Shown: positions 28,232 to 41,204, counted from the first letter of the stretch. The stretch: 64,000 bases of DNA from Eledone cirrhosa (GCA_964016885.1 CAXHJY010001240.1:62001-126000); one strand, 5' to 3'. Notes: generated by a model from the letters alone, not told the origin. A program made the numbers and translations.

Positions 28232-28275
28232 TTATAAAGAACGAGGAATCAGTGTTACATCATATCGCATTTATT

Positions 28276-28369
28276 AACATATTACATATGTTTCTGCGTC
28301 GATCAGCTCGAGGCAAGATCTGTTACAGATCGAACCCGACTCTGCATTCAAAGGATCTTCAGATATATT
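28276..28369 (-). ncRNA. Type-I hammerhead ribozyme with extended helix II
   Basis: Minus strand reads aatatat CTGAAGA ...gacgca GAAA catatg TA atatgtt, then AATAAA. Homologous to 34772-34859. Confidence 0.7.
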
Positions 28370-28451
28370 TATAATATTATACTCCACTCTGTGCGAGCAT
28401 CGAGTGCTCAACCGGCATACCGCCTACGGACGCATTTACCTTGCAATCCTT

Positions 28452-28903
28452 TAACGAAGGGTATTAGTGGTTGTTTGTTAGATGAAAAAACAAGAATAGC
28501 TGATTTACTTTATATATAAAAAGGTTTACTTCACTTCAGTCAAAAAGAACCATAAACAAGTTACCACGAGTTGCGAAGGTTGACAATGTTATTTTGTTGT
28601 TGGTTCATGAGGCTGGTGTAGTCTGAGACCAGGAGAGAGAGAGTAATGGTCTGTGGTTGACTGTAGACCACTGCGGCCTGAAGGTAGCGGTGAATCTTTC
28701 ACATAGCTTGTCTGTATCGTGGTGCTCCGATCTCTGTGTGTGTTAGACGTGGAATCATACAGGCTTTATATACCTGTCGCTTTCTGTCTCCCGCCTTGAG
28801 GGATCGCCCACGCATGAACCTGTCCACGCCGAAAAGGATGGTGACATAGAATTTGACTTTTAGGTGTCACCCAAGGTTCAAGGGGTGGACAGATTTCGCT
28901 ACA
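28452..28903 (-). mobile_element. Probable solo LTR; diverged copy at ~38070-38852 (+)
   Basis: Colinear similarity between the two regions, TATA-like ggtatataaagcc, and ends TGTAGCGAA...TTCGTTA. Confidence 0.45.
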
Positions 28904-30221
28904 ACCCTACAACTATATATATATATAACAAAGAAAGTGTGGTAAGGAAACAGGTGGACCATAACGTACCAGAGTACTCGATACTTAGGGTCGTAGAGTG
29001 GGTAATAGGAAAAGAGTCAGGATCCCGACAGCTGAGCTCCGGCCGTTTCGACAGCTAGATCCGAACTCGACAGCTAGATCGGTTCGGACCTTGCTGTCGA
29101 AACGGCTGGAGCTCAGCCGTCGGGGTCCTGATTCTTTTCCTATATATATGTATGTGTGTGTGGGGGGGGGGGGCATCGTCATATTTTTGAAATGTGAATC
29201 AAATGCCAACGTATGTTCCTATATATGGTCAGACTTGGATTACCTTCTCTTTAATGAGACGTCATACGTCACTAGAAGTTGAAAATTACTACAGTCACTT
29301 GCAACCAACATCTGGAGGTAGTGGCACACCATATTGATATTTCCATTATAGGGAGGCGAACTCCTGCTGACGACACGGTCCCACACCAAATCACGTAATG
29401 TATACTAACATTACCAAATATTCTGCACATGGTAGTTCCAGCCGGATCACCCTCTAAAGTATAAGTATAACTGTGTGTGTGTGTGTGTGTGTGTAGCCGT
29501 GTGTGCGTGTGTCAAACACTGTAAAGGGATAAAAACAGATAAGAAAGGCAGGAATCAGCGGGTGGTACGCAAACTCAGTATGTGAAACTCTGTTGTTACT
29601 GTTGAAATCGTTTGTTCTCGACTTGTAGAAACTACTATATGCTAAACTGCTGGCATTTAATCTTCAAGCTTGTATGGAAATGTACCAAAAATATGTTCAG
29701 CTAGTTTGTTAATTAGCCACCAGGTCAGCTTTGATTGAACAGACCTATGATCAAAAATGTTCCAACTATGACCATCTCGACTATTTGAATATCTAAGATT
29801 ACATCGGTCAAAATTTGTTCTTTCATTTTAAAGATTTTGAGGGAATTTTGTTGCTATTTCTTGAAAATCGATGATTCCGTAGAGGCTCCCTCATACGTTC
29901 AATTTACTATCATTAAGTTAACATTGCCTTTATCTTTTGGGGATCGGTAAAATAAAGTACCAGTCAAGAATTGGATTCGATTTAATTTTCTATATACAAT
30001 AACTGTTTTCGCTAACATGTGTTCGTGCATGTGCGCCCACATTTTGCAACCAGTGCACAAAAGGTTAGTTTCCTAAAATAATATAGTAATTAATAAATTA
30101 TATTTATTTCAAGTTGACATCTGCACAAGCGTTCAAGTTGTACGTGCACAGGAAAAACAAAATTACGCAACATATGGTTTTTAAACTATTAACAGGAAGA
30201 TTCATCCATTAGAATTAAGTA

Positions 30222-32102
30222 TATAACAAAATACTGGTGTGTATGAATATAACAAAGATGCTCTGTTGTGTGTATAAAGTTTAATTAACAATTTGAAGTT
30301 ATGTAGAATAGAATTGTTGACATGTCTATAGGTAGATGAAAGAATGAAGTAAAGTTATTTGTTACCGTTTTGAAGTGAGCTCGCAAGAGACCATGTTAGG
30401 GTTGCCAGGCGAACGCGCCTGGCCGAAGACGCCTGGCCGAAGGGCCAGGGTAATTAGAAGAGAGTGAAGCATCGGCGAACGCGCCTGGCCGAAAGGTCAA
30501 ATGAGAGGGAGAGAGCTGAAAGTTATTCCCTTTATAGGGTCCTAGGACGGAAGTGACAAAAAGAGTCCTCTGCCACCCCAACGGGAAGCAACTCCAGCCA
30601 CTTCCTGTCCAGAGAGCGGTGATGTGATTGTCATAACAAGGGAGGCAACTCTTGCTACATTATCTTCCGCCAGATTTTTAAAATATAAAAATCGAATGAA
30701 CCATGTATGGAGTAAGATGGCGAGCATGTAACACCAAAGTCCAGGCATGAAAATTACGAAAAAAATAATGTTTGCAACAAAAGGAAAACAGCAAAATATA
30801 TGCATGCAAAAATCAATGATAGATATCAAGGTAGCCAACCGCTCTTGGCCAGAGAACGACTGGACATCTATCTATCCATCACTCAAAGATACAATGTAAT
30901 CAAAGTAAAAGAAGAGGTCAAAGTTCAAATGTTCAAAATATAGTTCACAGGTGTGCAATCACATGACAGCAGGAAAGAAAGTGTGTCCTCCAGAGAATGT
31001 ATGCAGGTGGTCTCTAGACTGTGGTACAATGTGAAATTCGGTGTGATTTTCTCACAAGAAGAGTGCTACAAAAATAAATTCTCTGTTTTGTTCTGCTGGT
31101 TTTGGCTGTTGATGTTGTTGTCTCGCGGAGTGAGCGTATTCGATGTTGTTTAAATTCACAGTAAAAATTTTCCCAGAAAAAATGAGTTGCGCAAAGTGCT
31201 AGAAATAACAGCCAAAGTTGATGGTCGATGTTGAGAATGCGTTGACCTGGAAGGGTCAAGAGGCCAGCGACCAAAGAAATAAGTATTCTGAAAAAAATGC
31301 GCAGTTTTCAACGGCAAATTTACGTGGTAAATTTTTAAACCGGCAAATAGGAGAATATAGAGGCTGGAGAATCCTTGGCAAGAAACATTATCTATGGCGT
31401 GTGTTATCTCAGTGAGTCGAGATGTGTGCTCCCCACACGTGCCGAAACAAGGTTAAAGTCAAGTTGAAAAAAAAATATTTCTATTGCGCGAGAAAATGGC
31501 GCGAAAATGATAGTGCAACAGTTTCTATGTCTGCGTATTTTTCTTAGGTTGTTAATAAAGTTTGCTGCGTATTCAAAATGTTGGTCGACACATTCCAACG
31601 AAAATGGGGTACTGCTAATCATTTTTTTTATATACATTCACACAACACCAGATCCTGTCATTTTTTTCGGGGTCACCGCTTATAACAGAATACTGGGTTG
31701 TATGAATATAACAAAGATGCTCTGTTGTGTGTATAAAATTTAATTAACAATTTGAAGTTATGTAGAATAGAATTGTTGACATGTCCATAGGTAGATGAAA
31801 GAATGAAGTAAAGTTATTTGTTACCGTTTTGAAGTGAGCTCGCAAGAGACCATGTTAGGGTTGCCAGGCGAACGCGCCTGGCCGAAGGGCCAGGGTAATT
31901 AGAAGAGAGTGAAGCATCGGCAAACGCGCCTGGCCGAAAGGTCAAATGAGAGGGAGAGAGCTGAAAGTTATTCCCTTTATAGGGTCCTAGGACGGAAGTG
32001 ACAAAAAGGGTTCTGTCACCCCAACGGGAAGCAACTCCAGCCACTTCCTGTCCAGAGAGCGGTGATGTGATTGTCATAACAAGGGAGGCAACTCTTGCTA
32101 CA
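30222..32102 (-). mobile_element. Non-autonomous Gypsy-type LTR retrotransposon (TRIM/LARD-like)
   Basis: LTRs at 30222-30659 and 31681-32102 (TGTAGC...GTTATA on -). 4-bp TSD AGTA at 30218-30221 and 32103-32106. PBS-like CGGTGACCCCGA (tRNA-Trp type) after the 5' LTR, purine-rich tract before the 3' LTR, and a decayed ~1-kb interior. Confidence 0.85.
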
Positions 32103-33111
32103 AGTACATTGTGGGCGCAGGGTTGCCTTAATTGTTAAGATGTTTGTTTCACAATAATAAGTTCCCAGATTCGATTCCATTTTGGACAAGTGTCTTTAGT
32201 CATAGCCTTGGGTCGACCCTAGCTTTGTGAATAGATTGGATAGAAGAATAGAAGAATAGAAGCCCGTTTATTGGTTTGTACCAGTAATTCAAAGGGCCGA
32301 CCTTGTCGCACATTGTGTCACATTGAATCTCTCTGAACATTATGTCAAGAGAACGTGTCTCTGTGGAATAGTTTAACGAGTAGACCATTTTGTTGATTCA
32401 GAAAGTGGAATACTCATCGTCGAATCCGACGAGGGTCCATCTCCACAAGCACTCTGGGTGTAGATATTTTTGTCGCAAGAATACGCAATTACGCACCATG
32501 ATTTACAAAAGAAACAAATCCTTGTTGAAGCGCGTCTGAGTTGGTTGTGCCCCCCCCCCCCCCCCGCCTCTCTTTTAAACTGTGTTTATTTGTATGCGTG
32601 TTTATGTATAGTACTAAAACATCTGCTGGGTATGACTTTTGTAATGGTGAATGACCCCAACAGTAGTAGCTGCGAATGATCCCCACGAAACAGGTTAAGT
32701 GAGCAGCAGGCTGAAACGAAGTTAATCTCCTTATTATTGAAAGAAATTATATATTTAGATATTCATAATTATCAAAAAATAAATACTTCTCAACAACATC
32801 CCATCTAATTGTTTTCGGATTAACCTTTTTTTAAAAATGTATATGGAAAGACGAAGTTGTGATAAATACAACAGCAATAATAATTATTTTTAACATTGGC
32901 ACAAGGCCAGCAATTTAGGGGAAGGGGGAAAGTCCATTATATCGATCCCGGTACTAAACTGGTACTTTGTTTTATCGACCCTGGAAGTATGATAGGCAAA
33001 GTTGAACTCAGAACGGGAAGAGCCGGAACAAACACTGCTAAACTCGATGCTCTAACGTCTCTGCCAATCCACCATTACAACACCAGTAAACGTAACGCAG
33101 TGTAAATATAT

Positions 33112-33767
33112 AATTGTTTCTACTTTTGGCACAAGGCCAGCAATTATCCCAGTGCATTATTGGTGCTTTATTTTATCGACCCCATAATGATGAAAGGCAA
33201 AGTTAACCTCGGCGGAATTTGAACTCAGAAAGTAAAGGGCCATAACTCTATGCTGCAAAGCATGTTGTCTGACGCTCTACCGATACTGCCAATGAATATA
33301 TAATTGTTTCTACTTTAGGCACAAGGCCAGCAATTACCCAGTGCGTTACTGGTACTTTATTTCATCGACCCCGTAAGGATGAAAGGCAAAGTCAACCTCG
33401 GCGGGATTTGAACTCAGATCGTAAAGGGACATAACTATGCTGGAAAGCATAACGTCCGACCCTCTACCGATACTGCCAATCCGCGAGGATCGGTTTCCAT
33501 GCGACATATTTTGCCTATTTATAACAGTTTGACTTATTTTTTCGCCTTGTCAAACGGTTTTGTGACCGAAAATATGAATTTAAAAAATAATTGTTTCTAC
33601 TTTAGGCACAAAGCCAGCAATTACCCAGTGCATTACTGGTACTTTATTTTATCGACCCCGTAAGGATGAAAGGCAAAGTCAACCTCGGCGGGATTTGAAG
33701 TCAGATCGTAAAGGGACGTAACTATGCTGGAAAGCATGGCGTCCGACCCTCTACCGATACTGCCAAT
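33112..33767 (-). mobile_element. Three SINE copies; further copies at ~11977-12141, 14976-15200, 15888-16077, 17259-17471, 27107-27289, 41495-41583, 43352-43530, 52183-52293, 57133-57240, 58350-58408 and 61849-62040
   Basis: Same family consensus; several copies are nearly identical. Confidence 0.85.
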
Positions 33768-34144
33768 AGTATGTTTTATCTTGACTTTCAAAATGAGAGA
33801 AAAAAAAAATGAGAAAAAATTTAGTACTGTCATAATATCGCTACCACAATGATGTGGGAAAATCGACAGCTTACGATTTTCGACTTGACGAGCAGCGAAA
33901 TCTTGGTTAGTCGCTGAATGAACCAAGTTGCTGCTGGAGAAGGTGTCATTGCATATAGCGCCCCATTGCCTATTTGTATTATTGTCACCAACGCAGACCA
34001 ACACCTAGACTCATTGGAGTCTTTCTATGTTGTCTAGTTCGAATAAGTCCTATGTAGTAAGCATGGTGAATTGGCAGCGTGGGCAGAGTGGGGAATAAAA
34101 TACTGTATAGTAGAGAGCAATGTTTTGTTTTGTTTTATTAAATA

Positions 34145-34237
<93 letters not shown>

Positions 34238-34239
<2 letters not shown>

Positions 34240-34635
34240 AATAGAGGTGTAACACACGAGTTGTGATATATTAGTAAAAGGAAAAGAAAATGCTGACAAA
34301 TTGTTCCCAGTGAAAAATAGTTTAATTAGGAATAAGTAAAGATTAGTAATAAGTATTGGTTAGTATTCAGTTTTAGTTTTAAGTTTTCAAAAATAATTTT
34401 GAGATAGAGCGCCCTACCTGTTAGGTAGAATTTCCCAAACTGATCAGATTAGAGCAAACATCACGGGCGCTCTATCTCAAAATTATTTTTGAAAAGCCTT
34501 AGAAATACGCAACCGGTAAAAACTTAAAACTAAAACTGAATACTAACCAATACTTATTACTAATTTTTACTTATTCCTAATTAAACTATTTTTCACTGGG
34601 AACAATTTGTCAACATTTTCTTTTCCTTTTACTAA
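34238..34635. mobile_element. Fold-back mini-element in (TA)n with a degenerate HHR on one arm
   Basis: Inverted arms ~34266-34414 and ~34465-34635, a ~28-nt extension on the left arm, and (TA)n flanks. Confidence 0.7.
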
Positions 34636-34655
34636 TATATATATATATATATATA

Positions 34656-34981
34656 ATGGAAAACGAAAAATCAGTGATGCATCGAAACTCAATTTATTGT
34701 GTTACAATTGTTTCCCCGGCGAACAGCTCAAGGTGCGATTCGTGTGTGGATATGCTCCGAAATCAATAGACGTGTCCGAGGAACCTGCGAGTCTAGAGTC
34801 AGGTCGATCCACACACGGATCGTACCTCGAGCTGTTCGCCGGGGAAACAATTGTAACACACAATAAATTGAGTTCCGATGCATCACTGATTTTTCGTTTT
34901 CCATCCTATAATACTCTGCTCCGTAGGAGCATAGAGTGCTCAACCGGCATACCGCCTATGGAGGCATCTTAGCTACCATTA

Positions 34982-34985
<4 letters not shown>
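34656..34985. mobile_element. Fold-back HHR mini-element in (TA)n; related copy at 28227-28450
   Basis: Inverted arms 34656-34751 / 34807-34904 plus an ~80-nt extension (gagtgctcaaccggcataccgccta) shared with 28402-28426. Confidence 0.75.
34772..34859 (+). ncRNA. Type-I hammerhead ribozyme (U4C core)
   Basis: gtgt CCGAGGA acctgcga...tcgccggg GAAA caattg TA acac. Helix III is the palindrome ACAATTGT. AATAAA follows. Confidence 0.7.
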
Positions 34986-35019
<34 letters not shown>

Positions 35020-35934
35020 GGGTAAAATTCCCGAATTCCATGGACGAGTTCTCTACAGCGTTCTCTGTCCTTCATCATCGCCGCCATGCCTGAGTCTCCC
35101 AGAGACCAGTGTCTGTCCTTAGGGCATCAATATATGTCAACCTCGGTCTCCCTTTTCTAGTGTGTCCGTGTAAGGGCTCCCACAAAAGCACCTGAGTACA
35201 GTGTCAACTCTGAATGTCGGTGAGCATGTCCAGCTAACCTCAGTCTCCTCTGTGTTACTTTCGAGCTGACTTTTGAGAGGCTCCTTGGTACCCTACCCAT
35301 CCACTCTTCGGCGGTCACCTAAGGTTTATTTACGAATTGCTGAATTTAAAAAGAAAAGTTCTTGCACTGCACTAATCTTTTTCGACTTTTACGCACTCCA
35401 CCCCCACCCCATTTTTTTTCTCCTGGTTTTCATTTTTTCTCTTTTTTTTTTACCTAACATCCTCACTCACTCTTTCTTGCTGAAGGACAAGCGTAAAACT
35501 AATAAGACTTGGTGTACCTCTTCTCTGTAGTTATATTCTTTTTCAATCTTAAACTATATTTTCAATGCTGTCACACGGAACTCCTACTAATTTGAATCTG
35601 GAACTCTACCTAACACATAGGTACTCTACCCGCCCACCCTTCGGATCACCAATGCATAACCTAAGGATTACCTACGAATTGTCGGATTTTTTGACTGCTC
35701 TTACATTACACCAATCTTCCACGACCGTTCCTTCCTTTTCTCTTTTTCTACTTCCCCTCTTTGCTCCCTTTCTTGATCCCATTTATAAACCTCCCTCCCC
35801 CCACTTCCCTCTCCTAACTGCTCGATAGGTTGCGACATTCTTTTTCCTCAAGCATGAAACTATGGGATTTTGTGTAATTGGTCTCGGAGTTTGTCTTCTT
35901 TTTTAATCACGAACTATACACACACACACACACA

Positions 35935-36018
<84 letters not shown>

Positions 36019-36021
<3 letters not shown>

Positions 36022-36629
36022 ATGCAATGAAATATCTATGATCGTCGGCAAATCACTGATGAGGGACTCATTTTATTACATGTTATCCATGCGCTACCTG
36101 CAGTATTTTTCTCCATATTTTATTACATATATTTACCCAAACTGCGATTCTGTGTTTTTCTCTCTCTCTCTTACTGCTCCCCCATTCTCTTTGTTTCTCC
36201 TACCTTCTTTCGCCCCCTCTGTCATGTCAGTTAACTCTTCCTCACACTTTCACTCACTCACTGTTTCTCCTCTCTTCATTTCATCCTGTACACCACGAAG
36301 GCTATTTTTCTCTCTTCTCACATGGCCATCGTTCGTGTCAGGTCTTTTTTCTAAAGCGCTCATATATTCACCTAGCTTATGCTAAACAGAATAATTTTGA
36401 AGCTTGTTTCATTCCCCTACGGTTAGCTATACTCTTTGTTGTTCTCCTGTCTCACTCGCTTTACGCGTTTCAATTGTCCTAATAACTTATTTTGGTTATT
36501 ATTGCACCGACGTGAGGTATATGATTTTTAATGCAATGAAATATCTATGATCGTCGGCAAATCACTGATGAGGGACTCATTTTATTACATGTTATCCATG
36601 CGCTACCTGCAGTATTTTTCTCCATATTT

Positions 36630-36634
<5 letters not shown>
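36019..36634. mobile_element. Non-coding element with 107-bp identical direct terminal repeats, inserted in (TA)n
   Basis: 36019-36125 is identical to 36528-36634; long (TA)n runs on both sides; no convincing ORF. Confidence 0.65.
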
Positions 36635-36665
<31 letters not shown>

Positions 36666-37538
36666 TAATCTATAAAGCTCAGTGTGTGGTCAAGCTCCTT
36701 CGTTATAGAAATCTACGATATAGAATTTCTTCAATTGAAATTTACAATTCAGTATTCGAAATAGTTTCGATTGCGTTTTGATGCAGATAATTTTTTCAAT
36801 TTCACCCACAATTACGCAAAAAATAGATAAAACTCAATATTTTACGATTTTCCTCTGTCATTTAAACTGCTAAACTCTTTCCACTACCATTCAAAATCTA
36901 TACAACTTCATACTTTCTGCTACTTTCTCTTTCCAAACTTGATGGTGATACTGTCCGTTCACACCCCTCCCTACTGTCTTAAATTTAGAAAACACATATC
37001 CTCTATGAGGTTACTAAACCTGCTAGAAACAGCAGCTAACTCTCCCCCATATCACACCCCTCCCTACTGTCTTAAATTTAGAAAACATATCTTCTATGAG
37101 GTCACTAAACCTGCTAGAAACAACAGCTAACTCTCCCTCATATCACAACCCTCCCTACTGTCTTAAATTTAGAAAACACACAGACAACCATGCAGAACAA
37201 CATCGCAGCTCTGTTGTTCGGCTGGCATCGTCTACGCGCGTGTTGCGCAAGTACTGTGAAACAATAAATTTCAACACTTTTTTTCACAGAGATAATATCC
37301 ATAGGCGAAACTACAATTGTCACTGCTGGCGCAGCTCATGCTTCCAGGTCTGCAATTCATTCACCCAGTGCCTGGAAGACAAAAAAGTGCTGCCATAAAA
37401 TGGGTGGTGCAACCTAACTTTGGTAACTTAATGACCCCGAGCAACGCCGGGCTTTAATGCTAGTATATATATATATAAATGAAAGTATAGAAATTATTGT
37501 GAGCGTGAAGCCAACAGTATTTCATAATATATAAGTGA

Positions 37539-37600
<62 letters not shown>

Positions 37601-37604
<4 letters not shown>

Positions 37605-37929
37605 AATTGAGGTTGGTAATGGCACATGGAATATATAAGAGACAGAATACTTTTTTGTGAAAAAACATAATTTTATAAGGTAAGGAAATAATAAAGGGTA
37701 TAAAAAATGACCGGTTTCGATGGGTCTGCAAAAGCCATCTTTTCAAACATTTGAAAAGATGGCTTTTGCAGACCCATCGAAACCGGTCATTTTTTATACC
37801 CTTTATTATTTCCTTACCTTATAAAATTATGTTTTTTCACAAAAAAGTATTCTGTCTCTTATATATTCCATGTGCCATTACCAACCTCAATTTTCTCTAT
37901 AACCTTCGTTTTGTGTAGAAAATTACACT

Positions 37930-37935
<6 letters not shown>
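37601..37935. mobile_element. Fold-back HHR mini-element in (TA)n (inverted pseudo-LTR type)
   Basis: Perfect 147-bp inverted repeat (37601-37747 / 37750-37896) with a 2-nt loop, a ~39-nt extension on the right arm, and (TA)n on both sides. Confidence 0.8.
37745..37794 (+). ncRNA. Type-I hammerhead ribozyme, U3:A8 variant core (mirrored on the - strand by the palindrome)
   Basis: aaacat TTGAAAA gatgg-cttttgcagac-ccatc GAAA ccgg TC attttt: 5-bp helix II, palindromic helix III ACCGGT, GUC site after 37788. Confidence 0.7.
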
Positions 37936-38002
<67 letters not shown>

Positions 38003-38849
38003 TATATATATATGTACATATATATATATGTACATATGTATGTATTTTTTCTCACGAGTCAGTTCTTTCGTTGCTACGGACCCCGCGGCTGAATTACCGG
38101 CCGCTGTCTTCATTTTGCAAAGCCCTTTAAACTGTATGTTATTACTCTAAGGTTCTATACCTTGTCGAGTGCTTGGCTGCAAGGTCAAATTCTAGGTCAA
38201 CACCCTTTTGGTGTAGACAGGTTGATGTGTTGACTATCCCCTCAATAGGGGGGGGGGGACAGGAAGCGATAGGTATATAAAGCCTATATTTTCCCACCTT
38301 ACAGGAGATACATCGGAGCATTACACCTATAACAAACTATGTAAGGATTCACCACTATCAATAGACCCCATGAGGTCTACAGAAATACTCAGAGCGATTG
38401 GAGCCCTATTACTACAGAACACAAATGTGGACCCACAATCGCTGTCTGCTAGCCACGGTAGTTCACAGTTACGACAGACCATAACAGAGGTATACAAACC
38501 ATATCTCTCTCTCTCTTACTAACTACGGTCTCACAACTACTACCACGGACTCCAAATTCCAACAACAACAACAACAATTATCTGTCGCTCGCTGTTTTCA
38601 CACCAACAACAACAGACTACAACAGCCTCACATCAACAACAAAATAATATTGCCAATCTTTGCAACTTATGGTAACTTGTTTATTGTACCTTTTAATGAT
38701 TCACGTGAAGTAAACCATATATAAACTAAAATCATTTATTCTTTATATTCCTGTTATTACACCTATTCCTATTATATTTGTTATTTCAATTATTATTCAT
38801 GTTAATCCATCTAACAATAACTATTTCTTAATTCCTTTTAACCCTTCGT

Positions 38850-38898
<49 letters not shown>

Positions 38899-39052
38899 CG
38901 AAGGAAGTGTGGTAAGGAACTAGATGGACCATAACGCACCAGAGTACTCAATACTTAGGGTAGTAGAGTGGGTAATAGGAAAATGTTTAACCCCGACGCA
39001 GAGTTCAAGCCGTAGAAACGGCTTCATCTCTGCCGTCGGGGTTAAACAGTTT

Positions 39053-39126
<74 letters not shown>

Positions 39127-39129
<3 letters not shown>

Positions 39130-39504
39130 TGGCCCCCCGGTATTCGCGGGGGTTACGTTGCTACAGCACCCGCGAAGAATGGAAAACTGTGAATATTGGA
39201 CGTGGTCCATAAAAATGCCTATAAACGTCAAAATAAAATGTCATAAAAAATTACATCAAAAATTAAAAATTACACCAAAAATGTATCACTTAAATGGTGC
39301 AATAGATGATAAAGAGGTTGGGAGATGGTAGCAAGGAATGAGTGAAGGTATTACTCAGCATCTACCCTCTCCCAACCTCTTTATCATCTATTGCACTATT
39401 TAAGAGATAAAATTTTGGTGTAATTTTTAATTTTTGATGTCATTTTTTATGACATTTTATTTTGACGTTTATAGGCATTTTTATGGACCACGTCCAATAT
39501 TCAC
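39127..39504. mobile_element. Tc1/mariner (pogo/Tigger-like) MITE, right end truncated
   Basis: TA|CAGTGGCCCCCCGGTATTCGCGGGGGTTACGTT start; ~140-bp inverted arms at 39189-39331 / 39362-39504. Confidence 0.7.
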
Positions 39505-39857
39505 GTTTCGACAACTATAAATAGCCGTCGAAACGGCTTGAGCTCTGCCGTCGGGGTCATACATTTTCCTATATATATATCTATATATGAAGTCAACTTT
39601 GCCTTTCATCCATTCGAGGTCGATAAAAAAAGTAGATTCTTCCTCTATATCTCGTTTTCACATCCTTTCTGTCACTCTCTCTATCCTTCTCTAGAAGTAG
39701 TCTGCTGTATTCAGACCAGGAGGGATGGGTTAGGCCTGGTTTAAAAATGCATTAGAAACGCCGTATCTCAATACAGCGTCCCTACCACCGCGTAAAGAGT
39801 TACACACACACACATATATCTACATACTTATATATACATTCATAAATATATTCATAT

Positions 39858-39913
<56 letters not shown>

Positions 39914-39954
39914 GTGTATGTGCATGGATATATATGTATATATATATATATGAG

Positions 39955-41204
39955 AGTTTTGGAAGAGGGCTCCAGCACTGATGTCATCTACCTTGATTTC
40001 AGTAAGGCCTTGACAGGGTTGACCACACGATTCTATTGAAAAAAAAACTATCCAACATTGGTGTCTCTGGAAAGTTTCTGCAATGGATCAAATGTTTCCT
40101 GACAGATAGACCCCAACATGTAGTCGAAGGAGTAATATCAAGTCCAACCAAAGTCAGTAGTGGCGTTCCGCAAGGTACTGTGTTGGGCCCACTTCTTTTC
40201 ATCATGTACATTAATGACATTATTGAGATCATCAAGTACAGCAGCAGAAGAATCTTTGCAGATGATTCCAAGATCCAAAGGGTCATCAATCAAGTGGCTG
40301 ACCGGACTTGCCTTCAGTCAGACCTACTGGCTGTTATTCAATGGGCGGAAAAGAACAATATGCTGCTGAACGAGGATAAATTTGAGTTAATCCACTTTGG
40401 AAAAGAGGATGTCCTGAAACTCCCATACTCCATTCCTTCAGGTGAAACTCTCGCGGAATCCAACATCAGAGACTTGGGAGTAATTGTGGACAACATAAGC
40501 TGGGCGACTCATATAAACAGCAAAGTTGACATGGCCCGCAGAATGTGTTCCTGGATTCTCAGAACCTTCGAGTCAAGAGATATCCACACTGTTATCCTTC
40601 TCTTTTCCACTTTTGCCCGACCCCACCTTGAATACTGTTGTTCACTGTGGTCTCCCCACACGAAACAAAGTATCATGAAAGTTGAAGCACCCCAAAGATC
40701 AATTACAAAGAAGATAGATGGCATGACAAGCCTTGACTATTGGGATCGACTAGAAAAGCTCAAACTTTATTCTCTCCAACGTCGCCGTGAGCGTTACATT
40801 ATCTGCATGATGTGGAAAATATTCCATCAGCATTGCCAAAATGGTGTTGGCATCACCTTTATAGTACACCCAAAGCTTGGGCCCCTTGCTATCCACTCAC
40901 AACAAAAATCACACTCGCATCTCATAACAACAATAGGGCACAATTATTTCACCTCAATTGATCCAGCTCTCTTCAAAACAAATTAAAACAGACCCATAAA
41001 GTTCAAGAAGCTTTTAGACAAATTCCTTCAGAAATCCCGGATAAACCTCCTACGCCCGGATATGTCTCCGTAAACAATAACTCTCTACTTGAGTAGGCCA
41101 TGGTGTCCAAATCCTGATTTGAAGGACTTCGCCAGGTGGTGCTATTAAGTTAGACATGGCCTGAGCCAATACTGGCTGAAACTTATCAATGGTATCAAAG
41201 TTAT

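Noticed and set aside
36056-36075. CTGATGA as a complete hammerhead
   Set aside because: No downstream GAAA/helix III, and I could not pair helix I in a permuted form.
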